NCBI GenBank assembly: GCA_951406725.2
Contig: OX597835.1
Coordinates: 38,502,001 to 38,566,000 of the forward strand
Direction: 5' to 3'
Length of the DNA: 64,000 nucleotides
DNA from: Octopus vulgaris
Lineage: Eukaryota
A model generated the notes under the pieces. That model was not told the origin of the DNA. It did no database searches and worked only from the letters and a program-made list of their open reading frames with translations. The position numbers and the translations under genes are program-made. Below are positions 39,757 to 53,655 of this stretch, one piece after another. Within the stretch, counting starts at the first letter, position 1. Every line of letters starts with the position of its first letter.

Positions 39757-40078
39757 TGGCTGTGTGGTGAGAATCTTCCTTCCCCACCACATGGCTCCGA
39801 GTTCGTTCCCAATGCGTGGCAACTTGGGCGGGTGTCTTCTATAGCCTCGAACCGACCAAAGCTCTGTGAGTGGAATTGGTAGACGAAAACTGAAAGCAGC
39901 CCGTCGTATAAATGTGTGTGTATGTATATATATATATATATGTGTATACATATATATATACATAAAGATATATACTTACATATTTTTGTATATATATATG
40001 TATATATATGTATATATATACATACATATATATATGTGTTTGTATGTGCATATATATATGTATATATACATATATGTG

Positions 40079-40152
<74 letters not shown>

Positions 40153-40285
40153 TATGTATATAACTATATATGTGTATCTGTGTGTCTGTCTTGTCGCCCC
40201 GTCACCGTCTGACAACGGTATTGGTGTTTTTTTATGCCCCGTAACTAGCGGTTCGGCAAAAGAGACCGTTGGAATAAGTATTAGA
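39757..40285 (+). mobile_element. SINE family A with expanded internal TA/TG tract
   Basis: Head GTGGCTGTGTGGTGAG, GACGAAAACTGAAAGCAGCCCGTCG, ~270 bp TA/TG, then GACAACGGT...GCGGTTCGGCAAAAGAGACCG. Confidence 0.8.
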
Positions 40286-41028
40286 CGTGTGTATGCGTGT
40301 CTGTATTGATATATGTATGTATCCGTGTATCTGTGTTTGTGTGGCTTTCATTTCTAGGTGGAATTGTCCCAACCACCGCTTGGCAACCTGTAGTTAGTTA
40401 CTTCGTTGGTTTGTTTACGTCCCATAGAAGACAGTTGTGCAAAAGGATCCGATAGTGCACGTGCCAGACTTTAAAAATAGTGGGGTCAATTTGCACAACT
40501 AAAACGCTTCAAAACGATGCCCCAGAATGGCCGCAATTCACCGACTCATACAAGCGAAAGATATATTATAACAACATGCGTGCTTGAGAGTGTGTACTGT
40601 AATGTTTGTATGTGCCTCTGTGTGTGTGTATGTGTGTGTGTATGCGTGTGTGCTGCTGTGTCTGTATATGCCTGTATGTGTGTGTATGTGAGGAAGCGGG
40701 TGTATGTGTCTAATTGTGTGTGTTTGTGTGTGCGTGTCGGTGTTTGCTTGTTCATTATGGCGAGAAATCTTAACAACTTTCCCAATGAAATCCATGTTTA
40801 CGAAGGCGGATTCATAAACATTTATTTAAATGAATGCTGACAAATTTGCGATTTTGTTGTTTCGTTTTCAAACATAACGCATTCAGGCGTTCGATGAATT
40901 CTATTTAAGACCGAACCGAAATTGCGAAATGTGCCAAACTTGCCGTAAAAGTGTGCATGTATACATGTGTTTGTGTATGCAACTCTCCCTCCCCCTCTCT
41001 CTCTCTCTCTCTCACTCTCTCTCTCTCT

Positions 41029-41065
<37 letters not shown>

Positions 41066-41164
41066 CTCTTATATACTTACATATATATAATATATATATA
41101 CATTCATATAAATATATATATATACACACACACACACACTTATATATATATATATATATATCTT

Positions 41165-41196
<32 letters not shown>

Positions 41197-41290
41197 TATA
41201 TACATTCATATACATATATATACATATATAAACATATGTATATATATATGTATACATACGTACATATATATATACATTTATAAACATATT

Positions 41291-41684
41291 CTTTTCTTTC
41301 TTTTATTCTTTTAATTCTTTCAATCATTTCACTGCGGCCATGCTGGAGCACCTCCTTTAGTCGAGCAAATCGACCCCAGGACTTATTCTTCGTAAGCCTA
41401 GTACTTTTTCTATCGGTTCTTTTGCCGAACCGCTAATTTACGGGGACGTAAACACACCATCATCGGTGGTCAAGCGATGTTGGGGGAAAAAGCACAGACA
41501 CATATATATGTTAATAAATATGCATATATACGACGGGATTCTTTCAATTTCCGTCTGCAAAGTCCACTCACAAGGCTTTGGTCGGCTCGCGGCTATAGTA
41601 GAAGACACTTGCCTAAGGTGCCACACAGTGGGAATGAACCCGGAACCATGTGGTTGGTAAGCAAGCTACTTACCACACAGCCAC
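41291..41684 (-). mobile_element. SINE family A
   Basis: Near full-length reverse-complement match. Confidence 0.9.
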
Positions 41685-41733
41685 ATATATACACACAGAT
41701 TTATGTATATATATATATAAGAATTTTTTGCGA

Positions 41734-41782
<49 letters not shown>

Positions 41783-41856
41783 CATATATACATATATAAG
41801 AATTTTTTTGCGAATTTATATATATATATTATATATATATATATATATATACATGT

Positions 41857-41902
<46 letters not shown>

Positions 41903-41970
41903 GTATACATATATATATATATATACATATACGCATATATGTGTATATATATACATTATACATATATATA

Positions 41971-42048
<78 letters not shown>

Positions 42049-42495
42049 TGTATGTATATGAAAAAGTGCCAGGAACAATGAAGGCTGCGCACACACATGG
42101 CTGAATGCATATACACAATTACACAGTCAAAACACATTAATACTTACATATTGTTTTAAGTTTGTTGACACAGGCACAGTTAGGTTGTTTATACTTCAAC
42201 TGGGGCTCTCTCTCCGTTTATTCAACAGAACCTGTTATCAATATGTGTGTGTGTATATATATATATATGTATATATGTATTTTTCTCTATCTATATATCT
42301 ACGTATCTTTCTATACATCAGTCTGTCTGTTTATCTGTCTGTGTCTTAGTGTGTGTTGCTTGTCTATCTCCTTTTCTATCTGTAAATCATACCGGTAACT
42401 GTCAACTTTTATGATATGGAACATATTTATTTACTCTATATCCCATATTTTGTGTGGCATATCATAATGCAGACACTCACGCAAAATATATATGT

Positions 42496-42543
<48 letters not shown>

Positions 42544-42547
42544 ACAA

Positions 42548-42625
<78 letters not shown>

Positions 42626-42773
42626 TATATATATATATGTATATATGTACATATGTTTGTACATATTTATCTATGTGTGTATATATGTATATATATATAC
42701 ATATATGCACGCAAACACACACACACATATAGCGAGCGTAGCGCCGACAGGATAAATACAACTGAATATATCA

Positions 42774-42811
<38 letters not shown>

Positions 42812-42919
42812 TTTGTATTTCTTGACAATTTTTTACATCGACCGAAAGTTATGTAAATGATTTAAGACACGAAAGTTTGTTGCATATTGCTTATCAAACT
42901 AACTACAAATCGGAGACCT

Positions 42920-42974
<55 letters not shown>

Positions 42975-42978
42975 CCTC

Positions 42979-43048
<70 letters not shown>

Positions 43049-43324
43049 GGTAAATTGCAGTCTTTTCGGTCGATGAACAATTGAAATTCTGGAGTCACGT
43101 ATAAGTGTGTATTTTTCAAATATCCTGCTTGTTAGAGAGAAGCCTTGAGAAGAAATAAAATGCTACAGAAGCTGTCTCTGTTAATCCAATAAATTCAGTA
43201 TTATACAAAATCTCAATCAAATTCTAGAAAGGAGTTTATTTCTATAGGTCCGCACTAAATGTAATTTATCCTACATATTTTAACCTACCAACTCGATGAT
43301 ATTGTACATGCCATTATTATATTT

Positions 43325-43600
43325 GTGAAGGCGTGTAGCAATGTGACTAAGGTGCTCAAATCACGATCGTAAGATCGTCGTTTGATTCCCAGATGGGGCG
43401 GTTCGTTGCGCTTTTGAGCAAAACACTTCTTTTCATGTTTTCCGGTTCACTCATCCATAAATGAGTTCCAGCAATAGTTGAGAATTTTACTCTGCGATGG
43501 ACTGTTGTCCAATTCAGGTGGAAGTGATGTAATTTCCGTCAACTGTTCGACATGAAAGCGAGATTATTCTCTGGTTTCATGAATCCTGGAGCTTATAACA
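43325..43600 (+). mobile_element. Degenerate family D SINE
   Basis: GTGAAGGCGTG..CACGATCGTAAGATCG..TTGAGCAAAACACTT..CTGCGATGGACTG..TCC motifs. Confidence 0.65.
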
Positions 43601-43783
43601 GATCCTAAGATCCTAAGGGTCCAAGGAACACTATGTCTGTCACACGATAATTATCAAAGAGGACAATTCTGCAATGGCTCCACAACTATTGTCTGGGCTA
43701 TAACCTTGGAGCCCTAATAATCCTTTACAGCATTTACCGAGCGTACCTAATCGTTTAGAACACCTGTGAACTAAACCCCCATA

Positions 43784-43851
<68 letters not shown>

Positions 43852-44073
43852 CTTATAAAATAAGGGCAAAAAAAAATTCTAATGCCAAATATGCCGAAAT
43901 TAGACAAATTGTCAATAACCATTATAATTTAAATTATAATGGCATATTTGGCATTAGAATTTTTCTTTTGCTCTTGTTTTATAAGTCATTTATAAATTTA
44001 ACCTTTAAAGGTACTTTTTAATATGCTAGCCACTGATAAAATTTGTTTTTCAAAAAAATGTTATCCTACATTA

Positions 44074-44109
<36 letters not shown>

Positions 44110-44450
44110 ATATATATATATACACACAGTCTGTGTGTCTACATACATACATATATACATATAAAGATCTCAATTTTAATTGATTTGTTTTCGCAGAAGG
44201 AAAGTTTCTTGTCAAATCTGTTTATCCTTCGAATGTAGAGTAGATGAACTTAGCGACGAAGAAGGGTTTTTCGTTGTGTTAATTGTCCTACTCCATTTTT
44301 GTTGTTTTTATGTTCAGTTCCTTTGATTTGTGTTAGTTTTCGTTTCTGTTTGTGTTCGACGTCCCTTTGGTGTCTGTGTGTATACATATTTTATTTATTT
44401 ATTAATATATTATATGATGAAACACACGACCTAATTAAGATTGTTTTTAT

Positions 44451-44481
<31 letters not shown>

Positions 44482-44524
44482 CGGGAAGGAAAGTTTTTGT
44501 CGAAGAACGTCTCGCTTATCCTCG

Positions 44525-44576
<52 letters not shown>

Positions 44577-44594
44577 GTTTTTTCATATTAATAT

Positions 44595-44642
<48 letters not shown>

Positions 44643-44916
44643 TATACATATATATATCTATTTATATATATATAAAAGCCATGAAAAGTGGCTTAAGCCC
44701 CGGCTTAAATTAGTCCTAGGGGTCATAGCAAGCTTCAAGGGCCAAAAGATTATATTCTCTGGAGTCTGTCACACGTCAACCTTTTACGCTCCGATCATAC
44801 ACATTTTCATCTCTTTGCCTATGCCTCTCTTCTCATACACAGCCACCCAGCCTACACACAGACTCATTGAACGCCTCACATTTGTACATCTTTCAGATAC
44901 ACCTATACACTACATA

Positions 44917-45308
44917 GGCGTAGGAGGGGCTGTGTGATAAGTAGCTTGCTTACCAATCACATGGTTCCGGGTTCAATCCCACTGCGTGGCACCTTGGGCA
45001 TGTGTCTTCTGCTATAGCCTCGGGCCGAGCAAAGCCTTGTGAGTGAATTTGGTAGACGGAAACTGAAAGAAGCCCGTTGTATATATGTATATATATATAT
45101 GTGTGTGTATATATGTTTGTCCCTCCCAATATCGCTTGACAATCGATGGTGGTGTTTTTACGTTCCCGTAAGTTAGCAGTTCATCAAAAGAGATCCCGAT
45201 CGAATAAGTACTAGGCTTCCAAAGAATAAGTCCTGGGGTCGATTTGCTCGACTAAAGGCGGTGCTCCAGCATGACCGCTGTCAAATGACTGAAACAAGTA
45301 AAAGAGTA
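44917..45308 (+). mobile_element. SINE family A, full length
   Basis: Head to tail match. Confidence 0.92.
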
Positions 45309-45340
45309 ATTTAATCCATGTTTCTTTATAAAGAGTTTAC

Positions 45341-45650
45341 GTCACCGTGAGCACCGTGACCGACTAGGCTATCAGATGTTGCTACACATCGCTGGTCACA
45401 ATGCGCTTCGCATTGATTTATCCTTCAAATGATGCCACCCCGCTGGCTAAGCGAGCAGGCCAACAGAAGAAAGAGTGAAAGTTGTGGCGAAAGAGTACAG
45501 CAGGGTCCGCCATCGCCCCCTGCCGGATCCTCTTGGAGCTTTTAGGTGTTTTCGCTCAATAAATACTCACAACGTCCGGTCTGGGAATCGAAACCGCGTT
45601 TCTACGACTACGATCCGCTGCCCTAACCACTGGGCCATTTCGCCTCCACA
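45341..45650 (-). mobile_element. SINE family C, full length
   Basis: Reverse complement of 45948-46263. Confidence 0.9.
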
Positions 45651-45947
45651 AATAGTTTACATATCGCCATTATACTTCATATGGTTTTATATGAGATTTT
45701 TTTTTTTTTTTTTCAGTTTCAGTTTCAGCTCAGAGCTGCGGCCATACTGATGCATCGCCGTTTGAAAAACAAAGTCGACCTGGACGGAATTTGAACTCAG
45801 AACTAGAAGACGGACGAAATGCAGTTAAGCATTTCGCCAGCTCGCCGCCTTGCTCATATATTTAAAAACACCCTATATATACACTGATTCCTTTTTATGG
45901 TAACTACTTTTCTCCTGGTTATTAATTTATATGTTTATATACACATA

Positions 45948-46263
45948 TGTGGAGGCGCAATGGCCCAGTGGTTAGGGTAGTGGACTCGCGGTCCTAGGAT
46001 CGTGGCTTCGATTCTCAAACCGGGCGTTGTGAGTGTTTATTGAGCGAAAACACCTAAAGCTCCATGAGGCTCTGACAGGGGTGGTGGTGGCGATCCCTGC
46101 TGTAGTCTTTCGCCACAACTTTCTCTCACTCTTTCTTCTGTTGGCCTGCTCGCTTAGCCAACGGGGTGGCGTCATTTGAAGGCTAAAAACAATGTGAAGC
46201 GCATTGTGACCAGCGATGTGTAACAACATCTGATAGCCTGGTCGGTCACGGTGATCACGGTGA
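45948..46263 (+). mobile_element. SINE family C, full length (tRNA-derived head)
   Basis: TGTGGAGGCGCAATGGCCCAGTGGTTAGGG...TTCGATTC (A/B boxes), body, and tail ending in repeated (GA)TCACGGT. Confidence 0.92.
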
Positions 46264-47099
46264 TATACACATATGTGTATAATAAGTGAAGAGTGGAGTA
46301 TACGGCACTGCATACACTCCATGTTTGAGAAATGTTCAACAGAGTGAAGGTGACCAATAAACTGTGTCTATAGATATGAATAATATCAAGGATTTTGTCA
46401 TAGGCACTGTAATGTAAATGACAAAATTGCTCCAGCGGTCATGTACGTGTATGTTCTCATAATTGTCACATTTAACAACCTGCTTGACTGTAACAGGCAA
46501 TGAGATATTCTTTATTGATCTGTTTTTAAATCTCTTTGCATGTAATTTTATTCGTTTAATCCAATAATTTACGAATTTGTCCATTTTAATGGCTTGTATC
46601 ATAATTAGTTTTAAATATTTGTTTTCGTTATATTATGGAATACATCTGCAATGCTCATTGCGTTCAGATTTGGACATACTTGGATTTACGAGTACAAGTC
46701 CTCATATAAGAATTTATGTATGTGTATGTGCGAGCTTTTGTGTATGTGTGTATGTGTGTGTTCTCTATGAACAACACGAGTGTGTATGAAGATATGTAAA
46801 TATATACGCATGTCTGAGTGCTCGTATGTATATTTGAGCATATGTGCGTGTACGTATGTAGGTGTATACATTACGTAAATGTTTCGCCATAAATCTTTCG
46901 GCCATGTAGTCTCTTAAAGACTTTCTGCCAAACGAAATTTGTAAAATGTATTTATACTCATGCTCTGAAAAGTGCTTTTATTTCGTTTCTCGCAATATAT
47001 ATATTAGGTATTATATAGACTCGAAACGGGGAGTAGATGAAACAGGGGACAACTGATGAAGGGAATATTCTTTATGTTGCCTGTCTGAGACACAACACC

Positions 47100-49072
47100 A
47101 AGCTCATGGGATTCTTGCTTGGAGACTTTAGACAAACCCTTCTCGTGGTTCCAAAAGGGACAAGAGCTGATGCTAACATAAAGTCGTCCTACCAATGGAG
47201 CTGTGTGCAAAAGCTGAGACTCCCAAACAACGTGAAACTGCAGCTCAGTGGTGATGATGCGGAGGGAACCTTTTCAAAGCAACTGTTGGACGCCGGTAAT
47301 GGCACTTCGACTGGCGAGAAGAATGGCTGAGTAAGCTTGCATTTTGGACATATGGTGTCTGATTTAAAGGAACTAATGAATAAGGTGTTTCCTAACCTGA
47401 GAAATCAGTTCACAGACCACAACTGGTTGAAAACCCGTGCCATTTTAAGATCCAAAGATCAGGTGTTGATTTGAACATCAAACTTCTGGAACAGTTGCCA
47501 GGTGAGCGTCACACCTACAATTCCATTGACACTGTACTAAACATCGATAAAGCTGTGAATTAACCATCTGAATTCTTGAATAGTCTAACACCACCCTGTC
47601 TCCGACCTCACAACTTGCACCTCAAGATTGGGGCACCATTTATGCTGCTTCGAAACCTCGATCCACCACATCTTTGCAATTGCTCACGACTTATGATAAA
47701 GAAGATGATGCTAACAATCTTGGAGAGAACAATTTTGGCTGGTAAAGGCGGCGAGCTGGCAGAATGGTTAGCACGCCGGGCGAAATGCCAAGCGGTATGT
47801 TGTCTGCCGTTACGTTTTGAGTTCAAATTCCGCCGAGGTCGACTTTGCCTTTCATCCTTTCGGGGTGGATTAAATAAGTACCAGTTACGCACTGGGGTCG
47901 ATATAACCGACTTCATCCGTGTGTCTGTCCTTCTTTGTCCCCTCAGTATTTAGCCCCTTGTGGGTAGTAAAGAAATAAGTTTTTCGTCTGTCGCTACGTT
48001 CTGAGTTCAAATTCCGCCGAGGTCGACTTTGTCTTTCATCCTTTCTGGGTCGATTAATTAAGTACCAGTTACGCACTGGGGTCGATGTAATCGACTTAAT
48101 CCGTGCGTCTGTCCTTGTTTGTCCCCCCTATGTTTAGCCCCTTGTGGGTAGTAAAGAAATAGGTAAAGCAAGCGGTGAGCCTGTATTCGTTCCTAGAATC
48201 CTACTTATTCTATCGGATATGCCTTACCAGGACAAGCGCCTACAATTCCCATTGAAATTGAGTTTTGCAATGAGCATTAACAAGGCCCAGGAGCAGTCCT
48301 TGAATATGGTGGGTCTGAACCTCGCGGAAGCAGTTTTCTCCCATGGCCAACTTTATGTGAGATGCTCAAGTGCCGGCAATCCTAACCATTTGTTTATTTA
48401 AGCCCCACAAGGAAACACCAAAAATGTTGTTAATCAAAAAGGTCTGCAAATTTAATAAGATTCACCAAATCATCAGGTATTTATTATTTAACTGTAACAT
48501 TTGTAAGTGTTGTTAATGTACTGATAAGCTACATGTTATTTTATTTTGAAATCTATATGTAAAGTTATTTATATGTCTACAGTTAAACTAAATGTCAGTC
48601 TTTTTCTACATTCATTGTAAATCTATTTCAACACTAGCGCCCCTGAGGGTAATATTCTTTTCAGAGTTAATTACTTTGAATTGTTATTATCTCATATCCG
48701 ATTAACCTGTTATTACGCAAAATGCTTCACAATTTTGGTATACATACCCTACAGGTATTTCCTCCTAAGTTCTATATACTCTGGGAACGCATTAAAGCCC
48801 TTTTCGGGGCTACTTTATTTGAATTCTTACTATCAGATAACTAATTTCATATTATTACGTAACTGACTTCACGATTTGGGTATTTATAACTTATGGGGAT
48901 TTCCTAAAAACAAGATCCTATGTAAAACAGTTCGTTATTCTCTGTAAATGCACAAAAACATTTTAAGGGCTACATACTTTGAATTGTTGTTATTAGATTA
49001 GCGAAACAATTATGAGAACGGTACCAAGGGATAAGCCCCGCTTTTCCAAGAATTACCAGGTACGTCAGCTAG
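47100..49072 (+). mobile_element. Helitron relic: PIF1-like helicase C-terminal region and 3' terminus
   Basis: [103 protein letters not shown]; ends CAGCTAG|T at 49072. Confidence 0.88.
47746..48161 (+). mobile_element. SINE family B dimer with TSD, inside the helicase relic
   Basis: GGTAAAG is duplicated at 47741-47747 and 48162-48168; removing the insert restores TILAGKASGEPVFVPRI. Confidence 0.92.
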
Positions 49073-49230
<158 letters not shown>

Positions 49231-49258
49231 CATGTATATATATACATCCATATATACA

Positions 49259-49310
<52 letters not shown>

Positions 49311-49314
<4 letters not shown>

Positions 49315-49613
49315 GTGGCACAATGGCCCAGTGGTTAGGGCAGCGGACTCGCGGTCCTGTGATTGCGGTTTCGATTCCCAGACCGGGCGTTGTGAGTGTT
49401 TATTGAGCGAAAATACCTAAAAGCTCCACAAGGCTCCGGCAGGGGGTGGTAGCGATCCCTGCCGTACTCTTTCACCACTCTTTCTCCCACTCTTTCTTCT
49501 GTTGGCCTGCTCGCTTAGCCAGCGGGGTGGCGTCATTCGAAGGCTAAAACAATGCGAACGCATTGTGACCAGTGATGTGTAACTACATCTGATGGACTGG
49601 TCGGTCACGTGAT

Positions 49614-49620
<7 letters not shown>
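49311..49620 (+). mobile_element. SINE family C, full length
   Basis: Match to 45948-46263. Confidence 0.92.
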
Positions 49621-49654
<34 letters not shown>

Positions 49655-49985
49655 TATACGTGCACGTATTTTAATTTATCTTAGCACTTGAATGCATTCG
49701 CTTATTTCTCTTTTTCCGGTATATTTTTCTCCTTAAGATTCTCCCAGTTTCTCGATGAGACTATTTCAAGTATACACATTTTTCAAGTGCTCCTTCAATC
49801 GTAATTTTCAATCGAACTTTCGAGAATGAATTGTAATTTACTCTGTATAAAGAAACAAAACGCGACACTTGAAGTTAGTTTGTTAAGTGGCACGCACACA
49901 ACTCTCCATAATTCACTGAGTTTCGTAAATTTCTACCGAATAAAAATAATAAATAAACAATAAAATAATTAATTATATACTTACA

Positions 49986-50393
49986 GGCCGAGGCGTGGCT
50001 ATGTGGTAAGAAGCTTGCTTCCGAACCACATGGTTCCCGGTTCAGTCCCACTGTGTACCACCTTGGTCATGTATCTTCTACTATAGCCACGGGTCGACCA
50101 AAGTCTTGTGAGTGGATTTGGTAGACAGAAATTGAAAGAAACCCGTCTTAGATATATACATATGTGTGTGTGTGTGTGTATTTGTGTGTGTACGTGTGTG
50201 TGTGTGTGGTTATGTCTATGTTTGTCTCCCCATCATCATTTAGCAACCGGTGTTAGTGTGTTTACGTTCCAGTAACTTAGCGTTTCGTCATATGAAACCG
50301 ATAGAATAAGTACTAGGCTTTAAAAAATGTCTTGGAGTTGATTTTTTCGACTAAAAGGCGGTGCTCCAGCATGACTGAAAGAAGTAAAAGAGT
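49986..50393 (+). mobile_element. SINE family A
   Basis: Head to tail match with the terminal hairpin partly deleted. Confidence 0.88.
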
Positions 50394-50553
50394 ATATACA
50401 CATGCGTATATACATACACGTGAAGGCGTATATGCATATATATACGCAAAGTTACTATTTATACTTTACTCGGACCAGTCCATCTCCCGCAAGGGGGCGT
50501 CGTAACTCTCATCACAACAAGCACCCATTCTAACTCTTATATATATATATATA

Positions 50554-51044
50554 CCGTAAATCCTCGAGTATAATCTGCCCTAGAGTATAATACGCAGGGG
50601 ATTTTTAGGGGGCTGTTCTTCTGAAAAACCTAAACCTTGTGTATAATACGCATCCCTTCTCTAACTGAGTCAAGGAGGTCTGTATAACGTTTGTAAAAAT
50701 ATATACGGTAATGTTCTTTATTATCATTATGTAATGCAAACGTATAGCTTTTTCTTGCATTTTGTTTGCAGAAAATAAAGAAATAACAGTAATAACGTTT
50801 AATAAATGTTGCTTATTGCAAGTTATGGATGATTCTTTTATGACTTCATTGCTTTCAGGCTTAGCTTAAGGTACTTTCGCGCCCGACACCAGAAAATGCG
50901 TCTGAATAAACATTGCCGGACAGCAAATAGAAACTCGGACATTGCTTACAAAATAATTTTCGTTTTTAACCTCGCATATAGTACGCACTAGGGATTTTGA
51001 CCTTTAAAGTTTGGGGAAAAATGCGGATTACATCCAGGATTTAC

Positions 51045-51046
<2 letters not shown>
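50554..51046. mobile_element. Tc2/pogo-like MITE in (TA)n
   Basis: TIRs CCGTAAATCCTCGAGTATAATCTGC / GCGGATTACATCCAGGATTTACGG, TA flanks, subterminal GTATAATACGCA repeats. Confidence 0.82.
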
Positions 51047-51095
<49 letters not shown>

Positions 51096-51148
51096 AATAC
51101 TAAATTTCTAAATCTCTCGTAGAGACATGTACGGTGGTGGGGCGATAG

Positions 51149-51401
51149 AATGGTTGTATACTGTCAATTTAACACGCTGTTTAGCCCTAGGAAGCATCGA
51201 CGCCTCCTGATGGCTTTGACACATTTTTCCTGTGTCCTTATATACATTTACGAAGGGGAGACAAATACCCTTCGTAAATGTATATAAGGACACAGGAAAA
51301 ATGTGTCAAAGCCATCAGGAGGCGTCGATGCTTCCTAGGGATAAACAGCGTTGGTGTACTCCCCTACTGTCACGTTCGTGTTAGATTGACAGTATACAAC
51401 C

Positions 51402-51404
<3 letters not shown>
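51149..51404. repeat. Long near-perfect fold-back inverted repeat
   Basis: 84-bp arms 51174-51257 / 51268-51351 (1 mismatch, 10-nt loop) plus outer arms 51149-51176 / 51377-51404 (1 mismatch). Confidence 0.95.
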
Positions 51405-51489
<85 letters not shown>

Positions 51490-52225
51490 CATACACATAT
51501 ATACATTTACATATGCCTATATAGCGACATATTTCATCTGACTTTTCATTATCTGATTTTTCTATTTTTACATCTATTTATCTAACTCCTTTACTGTCGT
51601 ATCTTTCTCTATGTGTGTATGTGTCTATACATGTATATAGCTCTTACTACATGTGTTTCTTTGTTAATCTCTTTATCAGTCTGACTGTTGAGTCTGTATT
51701 TCCATGACTCTGTATTCCTGTTGAATAGATTTGAGAATAAAAAGAACTGAAATATTTGATAATAAATCTAAGTTCATAATTAACTTTTAAAAATGAAGAA
51801 TTAATGATTAAGTATTTAAGAATTTAAACGTAAAATATCAAGATAATCTAAAAATATTAATGTATTTTTAATAATTATTTTCATAATTAATAAATGAACT
51901 AGAAAATATATACACTGTGAATGCTTCAATAACGGAAAGAAGACAATTATGGTTATATGAGTTAATATGGAAATGAGAATAAATGTGAAAATTATATTTG
52001 TAACAAAAATAATAATATAAATAGAAAATATATATAACTCAAATATAATGAGAAAATAATGAATAGATATGTAACGAAGAACAGAAATAAATGTTGTATA
52101 TGCAGCATATAGTATGTAACGAAAATATAGCATAAAATGAACCAAGGAAGTGATGGAAAATGATATGTCTAAGAAAAGCAAATATATGTGGGTATGTATC
52201 TATGTATGCATGCATATATATATAT

Positions 52226-52450
52226 ATTTCTTTACTACCAACAAGGGGATAAACACAGAGGGGACAAACAAGGATAGACAAACGGATTAAGTCGATTACA
52301 TCGACTCCAGTGCGTAATTGGTACTTAATTTATCGACCCCGAAAGGATGAAAGGCAAAGTCCACCTCGGCGGAATTTGAACTCAGAACATAACGGCAGAC
52401 GAAATACGGTGCGCATTTCGCCCGGCGTGCTAACGTTTCTGCCAGCTCGC
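52226..52450 (-). mobile_element. SINE family B
   Basis: Reverse-complement match to 8909-9140. Confidence 0.9.
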
Positions 52451-52455
52451 ATGCA

Positions 52456-53071
52456 TCTATTATATTTAATCCGTTTTGTCTGTCTGTCTGTCTGTCTGTC
52501 TGTGTATCTTCTAGGATCTCGGGCATCCTCCATCCGATTGCGCTCAAATTTGATATGTAGATACCGACGGTATCAGGGCGTGTACAAGTCTTTAAAACAT
52601 TACAAACATCGATTCCAGGTGAGAATGTGATCGATAAAGCCGTGGGAATGTGCATTTGTACGCGCTAGTACATCAGCTGTTGCGATCGATACTACGCGTA
52701 CACGAGACAAATGCACATGTTGTTTGCGCAAAAAAAAGCCAGCTGGCTTGAAATAATGCCACAAAATGCAGTATATTTAAGAGACCAAAAAAGTAAGATG
52801 CAAAAGAGATATTTTCTTCAAACTTGGCATGAAGGAAGGAAAGACTATTTGGTTTCTCAAGAAGTTTTTTGGGGGATAAAATCGTTTTTCTTTGGAATAG
52901 AAAAAAAGTCTATCTTTATTTCTTCCTTTGCTGGTATCTCAAATCTAGGTTTAATCAGTGTTTCTCAAAGGGGAGACCTATGAAACGGTCGGACAAGTTG
53001 TTTTGAGAAAATTTGGTTTAAATGTTTGACAACTCAACACCGTCTATTGGACAGGGGGGGGCGTTTTGCTC

Positions 53072-53072
<1 letters not shown>
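52456..53072 (+). mobile_element. Non-autonomous Helitron-like element
   Basis: A|TCTATTATAT start, (CTGT)n near the 5' end, GC-rich degenerate hairpin, end CTCG|T (one change from CTRR), no TSD. Confidence 0.6.
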
Positions 53073-53136
<64 letters not shown>

Positions 53137-53573
53137 TGCATATATACATACATACATACCCACATACATTTGCTTTTCTTTTTATTAGACATATCATTTA
53201 ACGTCACTTCCTTGTTTCATTTTATGCTGTATTTACGTTACATATTATATGTTCCATATACAACATTTATTATGTATGTATGTAAGTGCGTGTGCGTATA
53301 CACACTTACGCATAATCGTATATGCATGCATACTTTTATGTAAGACATATGTATGCATATATTAAACTAGTAGGCTTTCTAAGATGATTTGTGGGAAATT
53401 TTTACGTAAAATATTATTGATCGATGTATATTGATTTAGCCAATCTGTCTCAGAAGGTAACTGTTCCCCTGTCGATGCTTTCAGAACAACTCAGACTTAT
53501 CTCTTATTAAATACCGTAAAATTCTGAATATAAAAGATGTATCAACAGAAAACATGGATAAATACAACTAGGC

Positions 53574-53655
<82 letters not shown>

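Noticed and set aside
45948-46025. tRNA gene-like sequences at SINE 5' ends, also ~7975-8050 and ~8508-8580
   Set aside because: A/B boxes are present but there is no intact cloverleaf, and most continue into SINE bodies.
47576-48401. Host PIF1 helicase gene
   Set aside because: Intronless, with stops and frameshifts, interrupted by a SINE and followed by a Helitron-type CTAG|T end.
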